Shown here one piece after another: positions 10,295 to 21,405 of a stretch of DNA of 64,000 nt. The notes below the pieces were generated by a model that saw only the letters and a program-made list of their open reading frames with translations, was not told the origin of the DNA and ran no database searches. Numbering within the stretch: the first letter of the stretch is position 1; each line of letters begins with the position of its first letter. The DNA comes from Gammaproteobacteria bacterium (lineage in GTDB: Bacteria; Pseudomonadota; Gammaproteobacteria; G965277405), in contig OZ255726.1 of the NCBI GenBank assembly GCA_965277405.1, positions 1,056,001-1,120,000 of the forward strand, written 5' to 3'. The translations under genes were made by a program, and so were the position numbers.

Positions 10295-11512
10295 TTAATG
10301 TTCTGCCCATTGTACTGTGCTAAGGTCAATGCCTTGTTTATGCATATCCCATAGCGGCGATAATTCTCTTAATTTTTCTACAGCATGCCGTACTGTTTGA
10401 ATTGCTTCATCAATATCGCTTTCGGTTGTGTAACGTCCTATTGAAAACCGTAATGAGCTATGTGCAAGTTCGTCGCTTCGACCTAATGCACGCAACACAT
10501 ATGAAGGTTCCAAACTTGCTGAAGTACAAGCAGATCCAGAAGACAATGCCAGTGTAGTTAATGACATCAACAATGATTCACCTTCAACAAAGTTAAAGCT
10601 TACATTGACATTTCCTGGAAAGCGCTGTGTGGTTGATCCGTTATAATATACTTCCTCAACATCCTGTATCCCAGCACCAAAGCGTTTTGCTAATTTTGCA
10701 ATGCGCACAGCTTCTGCCGCCATTTCTTGTCGAGCAATAGCGAATGCTGCGCCCATACCAACAATTTGATGGGTTGCCAGTGTCCCTGAGCGCATCCCGC
10801 GTTCGTGACCACCGCCATGAATTTGCGCAGTCAAGCGCACGCGTGGCTTGCGGCGTACAAACAAGGCACCAATACCTTTTGGTCCATATATTTTATGCGC
10901 ACACATCGACATTAAATCGACTTTCATTGTTGTTAAATCTATGTTGATTTTGCCTGCGCTTTGCGCGGCATCAACGTGGAATAGTACGCCATTATTACGG
11001 GTGATTTCGCCAATCGCAGCGATATCATTAAGAACACCTATTTCATTATTCATATGCATTAACGATACAAGTATTGTATCTGGACGAATGCTTTGTGCTA
11101 CTTGCTCTGGAGCAATCACTCCCTCTTTGTTTGGCTCTAGGTAGGTAACGTCATATCCTTTGCTTTCTAAATAACGGCATGGATCAAGGACGGCCTTGTG
11201 CTCAATTTTGCTGGTAATAATATGCCTACCTTTATTTTGGTAAAAATCACACACACCTTTTATTGCTAAATTATCTGCCTCAGTTGCACCAGAGGTCCAA
11301 ACTATTTCACGAGGATCACACTGTACTAATTCAGCCACATCATTCCGTGCTTTTTCAACAAGCTCTTCTGCCTGCCAACCATAGGCATGGGAGCGGGATG
11401 CGGGATTGCCGAATACGCCATCTATTGTTAAACAGTCCATCATTTTTGTTACAACACGCGGATCTACGGGCGTGGTTGCAGCATAGTCAAAATAAATAAC
11501 GGGATTCTTCAT
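10295..11512 (-). CDS. iscS: Cysteine desulfurase IscS
   Basis: [41 protein letters not shown]. Confidence 0.97.
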   Translation of the reverse strand: MKNPVIYFDYAATTPVDPRVVTKMMDCLTIDGVFGNPASRSHAYGWQAEELVEKARNDVAELVQCDPREIVWTSGATEADNLAIKGVCDFYQNKGRHIITSKIEHKAVLDPCRYLESKGYDVTYLEPNKEGVIAPEQVAQSIRPDTILVSLMHMNNEIGVLNDIAAIGEITRNNGVLFHVDAAQSAGKINIDLTTMKVDLMSMCAHKIYGPKGIGALFVRRKPRVRLTAQIHGGGHERGMRSGTLATHQIVGMGAAFAIARQEMAAEAVRIAKLAKRFGAGIQDVEEVYYNGSTTQRFPGNVNVSFNFVEGESLLMSLTTLALSSGSACTSASLEPSYVLRALGRSDELAHSSLRFSIGRYTTESDIDEAIQTVRHAVEKLRELSPLWDMHKQGIDLSTVQWAEH

Positions 11513-11518
11513 ATTCCT

Positions 11519-11968
11519 TCACTGTAGTTTGTGCAATGATTGGTGTGACGCGTCCATTTGCAGCCCATCCATCAAATTTTGTAAAGAGACCTCCTCCAGA
11601 AAGCTATTTATTCTCCAATTCAAGTTTTCCCAAAGGTCGTGAGTAATACATTTTGCATTTCCATGGCAATTTCCTTCCCCTCGACACTTTCTGGTGTCGA
11701 TCTTCCCATGCACAGCCTCAACAATATCGGCAATCGTTATCGATTTAGGTTGTCTTGCTAACTTATACCCACCACCACGACCACGTTGACTCACAACAAT
11801 TTTGCGTTGTTTCAACTGGGCTAATATTTGCTCTAAATATCCTAGAGAAATACACTGCCTTTGCGCAACTGTTGCTAATTGAACCGTTTCACTTGCATCA
11901 CCAACGCCCTGCATAGCTATATCAAGTGCTGCAGTGACGGCATATCGAGTGGTTGTGTTGAGTCGCAT
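11519..11968 (-). CDS. iscR: Rrf2-family Fe-S regulator IscR
   Basis: MRL.T..RYAV, YLEQI, GGGYKL and the C-x5-C-x5-C..H ligand pattern; first gene of the isc operon. Confidence 0.88.
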   Translation of the reverse strand: MRLNTTTRYAVTAALDIAMQGVGDASETVQLATVAQRQCISLGYLEQILAQLKQRKIVVSQRGRGGGYKLARQPKSITIADIVEAVHGKIDTRKCRGEGNCHGNAKCITHDLWENLNWRINSFLEEVSLQNLMDGLQMDASHQSLHKLQ

Positions 11969-11973
11969 TTTAA

Positions 11974-11994
11974 AACCAAGTGTTTTACTAGGTT
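11974..11994. promoter_or_regulatory. Probable IscR/Rrf2 autoregulatory operator
   Basis: Imperfect palindrome AACCAAGT-n5-ACTAGGTT immediately upstream of the iscR start codon. Confidence 0.55.
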
Positions 11995-12156
11995 ATTAGT
12001 ATATGTACATTCTGTAATAATACAAGGGCTCTCTGTACAAACTAACTGCATACAACTATACAATAGCTATGATCTATATTACGTTCTAGGAGTGAATGTA
12101 TGCGTGGGTTGACACGGCAATTGTCTATTTTGGGTGGTATTGTGCATCTTCCAGGG

Positions 12157-13278
12157 TTATCTAGAAAACTGCAAAACTGCGGTTACAACTTGCTCAAGTT
12201 GTTCTTCAGTAATAAACGCGCTCATCGGCAAGCTTAGCACTGTTGCAGCTAAAGCATCTGTATTGGGTAATGATTTTGAGCGTGAAATAGGCAGATATGC
12301 GCTTTGTGTATGGAGTGGTTGCGGATAATAAATTGCCGTTGGAATACCAAGGTGTTGTAAGTGCTGTTGCAGCTGATTTCGCTGTGGATACGTCACGGTA
12401 AACTGAGCAAAAACATGCTCATCATTTGGTAAATAACCAAGCGGTTTGAGCCATTTTGGCAAATATTCCACATACAGTCCTGCGCGTTGACGACGCACAG
12501 CTAGCTCAGTTTCAAAATATTGTAGTTTTACACCCAAAATTGCGGCTTGTAACGCGTCAATGCGACCGTTAATTCCTATTTTAGCATAGCTGTATTGTGC
12601 GTCTTGACCATGGTTGAGCAGTTGACGTAAAGCAACTGTGATTGCGTCATCGTTGGTAAAAACAGCGCCGCCGTCACCATAGCAACCAAGCGGTTTTGCT
12701 GGAAAAAAACTAGTACAGCCAATATCAGCTAATGTGCCAGACATGTGTTGTATTCCGCAACTATCGGTCTGTCTAGCACCAAAACTCTGGGCGGCGTCTT
12801 CAATAAGCACGATATCCCTCGCAGCAGCCTTTGTTACTGCGCGAATCGCAGCATAGTCAGGGCAGCGGCCAAACAAGTTGACACATATAATTGCTTTGGT
12901 TTTCTCAGTGATTTCAGTTGCGATATGCTCTGCTTCACTGCATGCGCTTTGACTATCGACATCTACAAATATTGGCGTTGCGCCAAGCAGCGCAACGACT
13001 TCTGCACTGGCAACGAAGGTAAATGATGGAATAATCACTTCATCACCTCGACCGACTTTTGCTACCATCAATGCCAATAACAACGCATCTGTGCCACTAG
13101 AGCAGCCGATTGCATGTTTGACACCAACATATTTTTGCAACTGTTGTTCAAAATTTGCGACTTCTTTGCCGAGAATAAATTGCCCATGTTCAAATACCCG
13201 TGCAATTGCCGCATCTATGGCGGTTCGATATTGTTGGTACTGGGTGGCTAAATCAATAAACGGAAACTTTGGTTTCAT
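12157..13278 (-). CDS. DegT/DnrJ/EryC1/StrS sugar aminotransferase (WbpE-like)
   Basis: FIDL..QY, SSGTDAL, EDAAQSFGA, SFFPAKPLGCYGDGG, LSLPM. Confidence 0.9.
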   Translation of the reverse strand: MKPKFPFIDLATQYQQYRTAIDAAIARVFEHGQFILGKEVANFEQQLQKYVGVKHAIGCSSGTDALLLALMVAKVGRGDEVIIPSFTFVASAEVVALLGATPIFVDVDSQSACSEAEHIATEITEKTKAIICVNLFGRCPDYAAIRAVTKAAARDIVLIEDAAQSFGARQTDSCGIQHMSGTLADIGCTSFFPAKPLGCYGDGGAVFTNDDAITVALRQLLNHGQDAQYSYAKIGINGRIDALQAAILGVKLQYFETELAVRRQRAGLYVEYLPKWLKPLGYLPNDEHVFAQFTVTYPQRNQLQQHLQHLGIPTAIYYPQPLHTQSAYLPISRSKSLPNTDALAATVLSLPMSAFITEEQLEQVVTAVLQFSR

Positions 13279-13308
13279 ACGTTATCTCAACACTACAACG
13301 CAACGACC

Positions 13309-13818
13309 TTAGAACGGCACTTCGTCATCTAAGTCATCAAATGAAGCTGGTTCTTTATTAGCTGTCGCTGGTTTGGCTGTGGCATTAGCTGGTTGAGCAG
13401 CAGCTGCTGGCTGACGTGCAAAACCGCCGTTACTCGCATTAGCATCAGGCATGCCGCCACCACCTTGGCGTTGCCCAACGCCACCTTGGCGTTGCCCAAG
13501 CATTTGCATCTCTTGGCATATGATTTCTGTGGTATAGCGTTTTACCCCGTCTTTTTCCCACTCATTAGTACGTAACCGACCCTCAACATAGATTTGCGCA
13601 CCTTTTTGCAAATATTGTTTTGCTATGTCCGCAAGTTTATCGAACATCACAACGCGATGCCACTCAGTTTGTTCTTGACGCACTCCTTGTTGATCAGTCC
13701 ATGACCGATTCGTTGCTATAGAAAAATTGCATACACTCGTTCCAGTAGGCGTATACCGTACTTCTGGCGCTTGCCCAACATGTCCGACCAATATGACTTT
13801 ATTAACTCCGCGTGACAT
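13309..13818 (-). CDS. ssb: Single-stranded DNA-binding protein
   Basis: [16 protein letters not shown] and the acidic tip DDEVPF. Contains a 21-bp duplication in the linker (13460-13499). Confidence 0.97.
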   Translation of the reverse strand: MSRGVNKVILVGHVGQAPEVRYTPTGTSVCNFSIATNRSWTDQQGVRQEQTEWHRVVMFDKLADIAKQYLQKGAQIYVEGRLRTNEWEKDGVKRYTTEIICQEMQMLGQRQGGVGQRQGGGGMPDANASNGGFARQPAAAAQPANATAKPATANKEPASFDDLDDEVPF

Positions 13819-13940
13819 AAGTTCTCCACAATTAATACTCTTAATACTCTTAATACTCTGATAATATTCTGAGTTTTATTTGATAATTAAAATAATGCAT
13901 TCTGTTGATAGGCTATAGTATGACAAAATTCGGGAGGATT

Positions 13941-14705
13941 ATGTCATTTATCACCGTCAATAACATTAGTAAAGCATTTGCTGGCACGCAAATCTTACGC
14001 GAAATAAGTTTGTCTGTCGAGAAAGGTCAGGTTGTTTCAATTATTGGTTCGAGCGGTTCTGGGAAAAGCACATTGCTTCGTTGCCTCAATTTTTTAACGA
14101 CACCAGACAGCGGTAGCGTACAGATGGATCAAACAATTGTCGAAGTGTGCTACGACAAAAAAAAACAACCATATGTCGACGAGGAACAAGTACGCAAACT
14201 ACGTTCGATTACCGCAATGGTCTTCCAACAGTGGAACCTCTGGTCGCATATGACTATTCTGGACAATATCATTGAAGTACCTGTCCATATTTACAAAAAA
14301 CCCAAACAACAGGCCGTGGCATATGCTCAAGAATTACTCGACAAAGTAGGGATTCTTGAGCAGCAAGATAAATTTCCATTGCAATTATCTGGCGGGCAAC
14401 AACAACGTGCAGCTATTGCTCGTGCATTGGCTATTGATCCTGAAGTGCTATTATTTGATGAGCCAACTTCGGCACTTGATCCAGAGCTTGTTCAAGAAGT
14501 ACTACAAGTTATTAAGCAACTGGCATCAGAGCACAGAACAATGCTGGTTGTTACCCACGAAATGAACTTCGCCATGGATGTAGCTGATCAATTGCTATTC
14601 CTTCACCAAGGAATTATCGAAGAGCAAGGGGATCCAGCGACGGTACTTAACAACCCAAAAAGCCAACGACTACAGCAATTTTTATTGCACACACAAGTTT
14701 TATAA
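13941..14705 (+). CDS. Polar amino-acid ABC transporter ATP-binding protein (HisP/GlnQ-like)
   Basis: GSSGSGKS, LSGGQQQR, FDEPTSALDPELV, VVTHEM. The ATG at 13941 has a GGGAGG SD. Confidence 0.9.
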   Translation: MSFITVNNISKAFAGTQILREISLSVEKGQVVSIIGSSGSGKSTLLRCLNFLTTPDSGSVQMDQTIVEVCYDKKKQPYVDEEQVRKLRSITAMVFQQWNLWSHMTILDNIIEVPVHIYKKPKQQAVAYAQELLDKVGILEQQDKFPLQLSGGQQQRAAIARALAIDPEVLLFDEPTSALDPELVQEVLQVIKQLASEHRTMLVVTHEMNFAMDVADQLLFLHQGIIEEQGDPATVLNNPKSQRLQQFLLHTQVL

Positions 14706-14855
14706 CGTTCTTGGTAGTTATATTAACGTCATATGTGCGATTTTTTAGATGAAATGCTCTGTTGCATAGTCGTTCATATTCGTGGCAAAGGAGGTTTCTT
14801 AAGCCATAATACTGTTTAGTTATGCGTGTATCAGACCACTTTAACGCGTCCATGC

Positions 14856-14956
14856 TTGCATCGCATATGTATTCTAGGACTACCGTATCCTGCATCTTGC
14901 AATCACTTCCAATTCACCGCAAACTTGCTCCATCAGTGACTCAATCAAGAAATTCC
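14856..14956 (+). mobile_element. Decayed MITE 3' portion abutting the alaS start
   Basis: CTTGCAATCACTTCCAATTCACCGCAAACTTGCTCCATCAGTGACTCAATCAAGAAATTCC aligns by eye with the MITE end CTTGCAATCATCAGCAATTGCAGGCAAACTCGCTCCATCAGCGACTTAATCAGAGGTTCC. Confidence 0.7.
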
Positions 14957-14960
14957 TTAC

Positions 14961-17564
14961 ATGAATAGCTCAGAAATCCGCTCAGCCTTTTTGAATTATT
15001 TCAAAAGCAAGCAGCACACTATTATTGCAAGTTCATCGCTCATTCCAGCAGATGACCCAACATTATTATTTGTTAATGCTGGCATGGTGCAGTTTAAAGA
15101 TATTTTTCTCGGTAAGGAGTCGCGCACATATCAACGCGCAACGACAGCACAGCGCTGTATTCGTGCTGGCGGCAAGCATAATGATTTAGAAAATGTTGGC
15201 TATACTGCGCGCCACCACACGTTTTTTGAAATGCTTGGCAACTTTAGTTTTGGAGATTATTTTAAAGAGCAGGCGATTGTATATGCGTGGGAGTTTCTAA
15301 CTCAAGTACTTAAACTGCCCAAAGAAAGACTGTGGGTGACCGTGCATAGCAGCGACACCGATGCAGAAAAAATATGGCTTGAAAAAATTGGTGTGTGTAG
15401 CAGTAGATTTTCACGTTTAGATGAAGACAACTTTTGGTCAATGGGCGATACAGGCCCATGTGGACCATGTTCAGAAGTTTTTTATGACCACGGACCGAAT
15501 ATCGCTGGTGGTCCTCCAGGGTCTGCTAATGATGATGGTGACCGTTATATCGAAATTTGGAATTTAGTGTTCATGCAATATAACCGCCACCCAGACGGCA
15601 GCATGACCCCATTACCCAAACCCTCTGTTGATACTGGTATGGGGCTGGAACGCATAGCAGCGGTGTTACAAAACGTACATAACAACTACGATACCGACGT
15701 CTTCAAAACATTGATTATCCAAGCGGCAAAACTGATAGGAACGGTTGATACTCAATCACAGTCATTGCAAGTCATTGCTGACCATATCCGCTCGTGTGCA
15801 TTTTTAATCATAGATGGTGTAACACCTGGGAATGAAGGTAGAGGGTATGTGCTGCGTCGTATTATTCGCAGAGCAATTCGCCACGGCTACAAACTGAATG
15901 CAAAGCATATTTTTTTTAGTAAATTAATTACAACGTTAGCAGATTTAATGGGCGCTGCTTATCCTGACTTGATCAAAAAAAAGTCATATATTATTGAAGT
16001 GTTGTTCAATGAAGAGCAACAGTTTTCCACAACTATCAAGCAAGGCATGCGCTTAATTAGTGAGCAAAGCCGTCTTGCCACTGATGGCATTATTGCAGCT
16101 GAGACCATTTTTAAACTATATGATACCTACGGATTTCCTGTGGATTTAACCAATGACTACGCACGCGAACATGGCTTTACTCTTGACTTAGATGGCTATG
16201 AAAAACTGATGGCACAACAACGCGTCCGTGCGCGCAGCGCCAGTAAATTCAAACAAATGCAAATCAATTTTCCAATTGACGCAACAACCAATTTTGTCGG
16301 GTATCAGTCGAATACAGCAGCCGCAAAAATAATTGGTATTGTCGTTGACGGTTTATCAGTAGACCAATTACATAATCATAAGACAGACGCGGTTATCGTG
16401 TTAGACAGCTCACCATTTTATGGTGAAAGAGGCGGGCAAACTGGTGATATTGGTACAATATTTAACACCGCGGCTGTGTTTCATGTTCACGATACCCAGC
16501 AGCGCGATGGCATGTTGCTACACTTTGGAATAATTGACGATGGCACCTTGCGGATTGGAGAAACAATCAAGGCAAAAATCAATACTGAACAACGAGACGA
16601 AAGCCGCAAACACCATAGCGCCACACATTTGCTCCACGCGGCACTACGGCAAGTTCTTGGCGAAGGAGTCGTTCAAAAAGGTTCACACGTTAGCCCAGTT
16701 CGGCTGCGGTTTGACTTTTCCCACCCAAAGCCGGTGACGCCAACACAGCTGCGCGAAATTGTAAATATCACCAACGCATCCATTCAGCAAAATTCGCTGG
16801 TAGCTAGTACAGAAATGCCAATTGACAACGCCAAACAATTAGGAGCTATCGCCATGTTTGGAGAGAAATATGGCGCACAAGTGCGCGTGGTCACTATGGG
16901 GGTGTATAACGACAAACCGTGGTCGATTGAATTATGTGGGGGCACGCATGTCGAGCGCACAGGTGATATTGGGGCAGTTGTTTTGTTGAAAGAAAGCGGT
17001 ATTTCTGCTGGTGTACGCCGTATAGAAGCGTTTGCAGGCAAGGCTGCCATCTCCCATATTCACAGCGTACAGCAGCAAGTTTTTGACGTTGAACAACATA
17101 CGCAGACAAAGCTGATTGACTTAGCTGAGCGCATGAGTCAATTACAAAAAACTATTCTCCTGAATAAAAAGAAAAGCACCCAGCCTGTGTCCAAGCGCGA
17201 ACTCACGCAAACAACATGTGGAGCATATACGTTGCGCCACATCGTGCTTGACGATGCACCAGCAGCCGAGCTACGATCATTATATGACCAATATAAACAC
17301 GAATATACCTCATCAGTGCTAGCATTATTCAGCACCTCTACAGCAGGTGTGCGGGCTATCATCGCCGTGAGCAATGATATTGATCAACGGATTGCTGCCA
17401 ATAAAATACTTCAGTTTATCGCCCCATTCATCGATGGGCGTGGCGGCGGTAAACCGCAAATGGCGCAAGGCGGTGGCAAAAATCCTGCGGGGGTAACAGC
17501 GGCAATTCACGCTATGGTTATTGAACTGGAACACCCAAATGCCATACTCTGCTCATGTCTCTAA
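14961..17564 (+). CDS. alaS: Alanine--tRNA ligase
   Basis: NAGMVQFK, GGKHNDLENVG, FFEMLGNFSFGDYFK, editing motifs HSATH and ELCGGTH, GGGKPQMAQGGG. Confidence 0.98.
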   Translation: MNSSEIRSAFLNYFKSKQHTIIASSSLIPADDPTLLFVNAGMVQFKDIFLGKESRTYQRATTAQRCIRAGGKHNDLENVGYTARHHTFFEMLGNFSFGDYFKEQAIVYAWEFLTQVLKLPKERLWVTVHSSDTDAEKIWLEKIGVCSSRFSRLDEDNFWSMGDTGPCGPCSEVFYDHGPNIAGGPPGSANDDGDRYIEIWNLVFMQYNRHPDGSMTPLPKPSVDTGMGLERIAAVLQNVHNNYDTDVFKTLIIQAAKLIGTVDTQSQSLQVIADHIRSCAFLIIDGVTPGNEGRGYVLRRIIRRAIRHGYKLNAKHIFFSKLITTLADLMGAAYPDLIKKKSYIIEVLFNEEQQFSTTIKQGMRLISEQSRLATDGIIAAETIFKLYDTYGFPVDLTNDYAREHGFTLDLDGYEKLMAQQRVRARSASKFKQMQINFPIDATTNFVGYQSNTAAAKIIGIVVDGLSVDQLHNHKTDAVIVLDSSPFYGERGGQTGDIGTIFNTAAVFHVHDTQQRDGMLLHFGIIDDGTLRIGETIKAKINTEQRDESRKHHSATHLLHAALRQVLGEGVVQKGSHVSPVRLRFDFSHPKPVTPTQLREIVNITNASIQQNSLVASTEMPIDNAKQLGAIAMFGEKYGAQVRVVTMGVYNDKPWSIELCGGTHVERTGDIGAVVLLKESGISAGVRRIEAFAGKAAISHIHSVQQQVFDVEQHTQTKLIDLAERMSQLQKTILLNKKKSTQPVSKRELTQTTCGAYTLRHIVLDDAPAAELRSLYDQYKHEYTSSVLALFSTSTAGVRAIIAVSNDIDQRIAANKILQFIAPFIDGRGGGKPQMAQGGGKNPAGVTAAIHAMVIELEHPNAILCSCL

Positions 17565-18799
17565 TAGTACAAAAATATGGAGGCACATCGCTCGGGTCGA
17601 TTGAGCGTATTCAAGCAGTCGCAGCGAACATTGCCCACTGGCGCGATCAAGGACACTCAATCGTTGCGGTTGTATCGGCAATGTCTGGTGAAACTAAGCG
17701 TTTGCTCGCACTCGCATCAGCACTCACTGCCAACCCAAGTCGCCGTGAACTTGACGTGGCTGTTTCGACAGGTGAACAGGTTGCTGCAGCATTACTCTGT
17801 ATGGCTTTGCACACACGCCATTGCCCAGCGCGCTCATTTGCTGGTTGGCAAATCCCAATTTATACAGATAATGTGTTTAACAAAGCGCGGATTCATTCGA
17901 TTGAAACAAACAATATTACCGCAGCCTTGGATGAAAAATTTGTCGCGGTAATTACTGGCTTTCAAGGTGTCACTGCCAATCATGAAATCACCACGCTGGG
18001 GCGCGGTGGCTCAGATACTTCTGCCGTAGCAATAGCAGCTGCGCTCAAAGCAGATGAATGCCATATTTATACTGATGTTGACGGTGTCTATACAACCGAT
18101 CCGCGAATTTATAACGCTGCGGTAAAATTAGACACATTATCATTTGAAGAAATGCTCGAACTTGCCAGCATGGGTTCAAAGGTTTTGCAAATTCGCGCAG
18201 TAGAATTTGCGAGCAAGTATAATATTCCCTTGCGGGTGCTATCGTCGTTTACACTAGGAATTGGAACACTTATCTCATCAGCAGGCTCAGACACTATGGA
18301 AAAACCACTCATTTCCGGCATTACTTGCCAACGCAACGAAGCCAAACTCACGCTATTTGGCGTTCCTGATGTTCCTGGTGTGGCTGCGCAAATACTTGGG
18401 TCAGTGGCGCAGTTGCATATTGATGTCGATATGATTATTCAAAACACTGCTGAAGACGGCACGACCAGCTTCACCTTTACGGTTGCCCGTGCTGATGCAG
18501 ATCAAGCCGAAGCAGCGCTTGGCATATTGAAAACGCAATTGAACGCACGCAATGTAGAATGTGATAGAAAAATTGCCAAAGTGTCCGTGGTCGGTATTGG
18601 CATGAAGTCGCATCCTGGAGTCGCGGCAACTGCATTCGCTTCTCTTGCAAAAGAAGGCATCAACATTATTTTAATTTCCACATCTGAAATTAAAATTACT
18701 GCAGCAATAGATGAACGATATTTAGAACTTGCCGTACATACTTTACACGATGCATTTGAACTTGAGAAACTTGCACAAAATGACACCTTGGCTGGCTGA
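17555..18799 (+). CDS. lysC: Aspartate kinase
   Basis: QKYGGTS, TTLGRGGSDTSA, DVDGVYTTDPR and two ACT domains. alaS-lysC synteny. Confidence 0.95.
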   Translation: MSLIVQKYGGTSLGSIERIQAVAANIAHWRDQGHSIVAVVSAMSGETKRLLALASALTANPSRRELDVAVSTGEQVAAALLCMALHTRHCPARSFAGWQIPIYTDNVFNKARIHSIETNNITAALDEKFVAVITGFQGVTANHEITTLGRGGSDTSAVAIAAALKADECHIYTDVDGVYTTDPRIYNAAVKLDTLSFEEMLELASMGSKVLQIRAVEFASKYNIPLRVLSSFTLGIGTLISSAGSDTMEKPLISGITCQRNEAKLTLFGVPDVPGVAAQILGSVAQLHIDVDMIIQNTAEDGTTSFTFTVARADADQAEAALGILKTQLNARNVECDRKIAKVSVVGIGMKSHPGVAATAFASLAKEGINIILISTSEIKITAAIDERYLELAVHTLHDAFELEKLAQNDTLAG

Positions 18800-21380
18800 T
18801 GCCACGCACAGCCATGTTGTCATTACCGCCACTGAACGCCAAACTCGCTATCTTCGCAATCACTGGCATGCCTTTGTTGCCGCCCAAGGCGGCAGTGTTT
18901 CAGCACCCACAATCACCAGCTATACCACTTTTTGTCAAAGCGTTTGGCAGCAGGCGATAGCTGCTGGTGAGCAGCTCCCAGCGGTGCTACCTCGTCACGT
19001 TGAGCGTAGCCTTTGGTTGCAAACGTTCAACCAACGTTGGCTGGCAAACACAACAGAGATTGTTGAGATTCGCGGCAAGGAAATCAGCAGAATGTTGCTC
19101 GATACTATTGTTATTGCCAATCGGATGTTTCATGTATGGCAATTGCGCCATCACCACTATTCTACCGAATACGAGGTGTTTTATAACTGGCAACGAGCCT
19201 TCCAAAATGCAGCAACGTCGCTTGATGTGATTGACGCTGCAGCCATGCAAAGCAAACTTGCAAAACTTTGCCAATATTGCCCAGATGTTGACCAAGTTAT
19301 TTGGTACGGTTTTAACGAATTGACCACAGTGCAACAACAGCTTAAGCAGCGTTGGGATGGCGTAACCCACCAATCATGCCCATTTTGGCCAGCCCATACC
19401 CCACTAGCAAGCATTGCGTTGCAGCCTTGTGAAAACAACAGCGTGGAGCTAGAAAACGCAGCGCACTGGGCACAGCGTATGGTGCAGCAATACCCGTCTG
19501 CTAGTGTTGCGGTGATTTGCGATAGCCTCACCCAGCAATGGGATGCTTTGCATTATCAGTTTAGCAAGTGCTTTGATGCTGAATGCAATGCGTATGAACA
19601 ATGGAGTGCAGCCAAGCATGTGTTTGCGTTTTCTGCTGGAAAGCCACTAGCTCAACAGCCGCCAATCAGTATTGCGATAAGTTTGTTGCAACTCAATACT
19701 TCCAGCCGTTGCAGCGATATTACGCCACTATGGACGAGTCCGTACCTGCAACATTACTCCAGTTGGCAACGCCAGCGCCATCACGCAGTTAAGGAACTCA
19801 ACGCGCATGCGTGGGAAAATGCAGCGCAATGGTTGCGCAACAACAACAATAGTGATCCGTTGCTAGCAGCATTTTCTCAAGGAATATCGCAGACTAGCTT
19901 GGCAACGGCGCAACAAAACGCTGATGGGTGGATGCACTATATTAGCAAGACCCTAGCAATATTTGGATGGATGGATGGCGTGGTGGCAACAAGCCATGAA
20001 TACCAACAACTCGAACAATGGCACACAATGCTGGCGCAGCTGCGCGCGCTGAATGTGCTTGGTGATATTTCATGGGATGATTTTTTCCATCAATTTCTCG
20101 ATACCTGCAACACAACGATGTATCAACCAGAACGCCACGATGCGCAAATTTCTATTCTAGGGATGCGGGAGGCGCTCGGGTTGCAGTTTGATCACATGCT
20201 GATATTGACGATGCAAGACCATACATTCCCGCCACAGCCGGTCAGCAACCCATTTATTCCTGCCCATGAATTGCAGCGTGCTGTGGTAACCAATGGCAGT
20301 GTTGCTTCCTGTGTCCAAACAGCTGAGCAAATTCTTATTTCTCTGCGCAGCCAATGCCAACATATTGTTGCTAGCTATGTGACGAAAATTGATGAAATTC
20401 CGAGTAAACCAAGTCGCTTAATTGCTGAATACAACACAATAGCTGCAATCAAAGCTGCTGCGTATACACCAACAGAACACCCCCAACTATACACGAGCAT
20501 TGCTGATGATGTGCCGCCGCCGCAATCCAAACAACTTACGGGTGGAATTACCACAATTGAACTACAGGCCGCGTGCCATTTCAAAGGTTTTGCGCGTGGA
20601 AGATTGCGTTTGCAGCCACTGCGCCAACCGCAGGCAAGTATTGACGCCATGCATTTTGGGTCTTGGCTGCATGAGCTGATGCGGCAGATATGGCAGCAGT
20701 TGCAAACGAGTGCTGCATTAAAAATATGGAAAATTGACAAATTACAAGGGTTGGTTGCCAGCCATGCGCACGCCATTGTCGATAATAATACCATGGCACA
20801 GGTGCTGCTGACTCCCCCATTGCAACACGCTTTGATCAATTTATTGACTACAGCAGCCATGCAGGCGCTTACTATTGATCGACAACGCGTTGATTTTTCT
20901 GTTTTGCATAGTGAACACGTACAAGAAATAACGATTGCAGGTTTTACGTTTACCGTACGTATTGACCGTATCGATACCAATCAACAGCTGGATGACGGGC
21001 TGTACATCATTGATTACAAAACTGGCAACGCCAATATAGCAGAGTTGCTTGGACCGCGCATAGCCAAGCCGCAGCTGGCTGTATATTCATTCGTTGTTGC
21101 GAACCCCATTGCCTTGCTGTATTTTCGCGTCAATGCGGAAAGTGATCCGCGGTTTTCTAGCAAATATATCGGCTATGCCGCAGCAGAGGCGGCGCTACCA
21201 CTTAAGTCGCGTGGATTTGAAGTCAAAACATTCGACAAACATATAGCAGTGTCCACGATGCAACACGATATAATTTCTACAATTGAACACTTTCGTGCGG
21301 GCATGACAACTCGTAATCCGCGCACTGTACAACTGTGCACAACTTGTGACTATAGACTGGTGTGCCGGCTGCCGCAATGA
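18780..21380 (+). CDS. AddB/RexB-like DNA repair protein with C-terminal PD-(D/E)XK nuclease
   Basis: RIDRID...IIDYKTG, QL.VY, and an Fe-S staple Cys pattern (AAC.F ... C..C.Y...C). The N-terminus looks like an inactive helicase. Confidence 0.8.
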   Translation: MTPWLADATHSHVVITATERQTRYLRNHWHAFVAAQGGSVSAPTITSYTTFCQSVWQQAIAAGEQLPAVLPRHVERSLWLQTFNQRWLANTTEIVEIRGKEISRMLLDTIVIANRMFHVWQLRHHHYSTEYEVFYNWQRAFQNAATSLDVIDAAAMQSKLAKLCQYCPDVDQVIWYGFNELTTVQQQLKQRWDGVTHQSCPFWPAHTPLASIALQPCENNSVELENAAHWAQRMVQQYPSASVAVICDSLTQQWDALHYQFSKCFDAECNAYEQWSAAKHVFAFSAGKPLAQQPPISIAISLLQLNTSSRCSDITPLWTSPYLQHYSSWQRQRHHAVKELNAHAWENAAQWLRNNNNSDPLLAAFSQGISQTSLATAQQNADGWMHYISKTLAIFGWMDGVVATSHEYQQLEQWHTMLAQLRALNVLGDISWDDFFHQFLDTCNTTMYQPERHDAQISILGMREALGLQFDHMLILTMQDHTFPPQPVSNPFIPAHELQRAVVTNGSVASCVQTAEQILISLRSQCQHIVASYVTKIDEIPSKPSRLIAEYNTIAAIKAAAYTPTEHPQLYTSIADDVPPPQSKQLTGGITTIELQAACHFKGFARGRLRLQPLRQPQASIDAMHFGSWLHELMRQIWQQLQTSAALKIWKIDKLQGLVASHAHAIVDNNTMAQVLLTPPLQHALINLLTTAAMQALTIDRQRVDFSVLHSEHVQEITIAGFTFTVRIDRIDTNQQLDDGLYIIDYKTGNANIAELLGPRIAKPQLAVYSFVVANPIALLYFRVNAESDPRFSSKYIGYAAAEAALPLKSRGFEVKTFDKHIAVSTMQHDIISTIEHFRAGMTTRNPRTVQLCTTCDYRLVCRLPQ

Positions 21381-21405
21381 TTCGTGATAGTTGACGTTAC
21401 TTTAG

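Noticed and set aside
20375-20980. Long antisense ORFs inside housekeeping genes (this 201-aa one and similar)
   Set aside because: They are shadows of well-supported genes on the opposite strand and carry no motifs.
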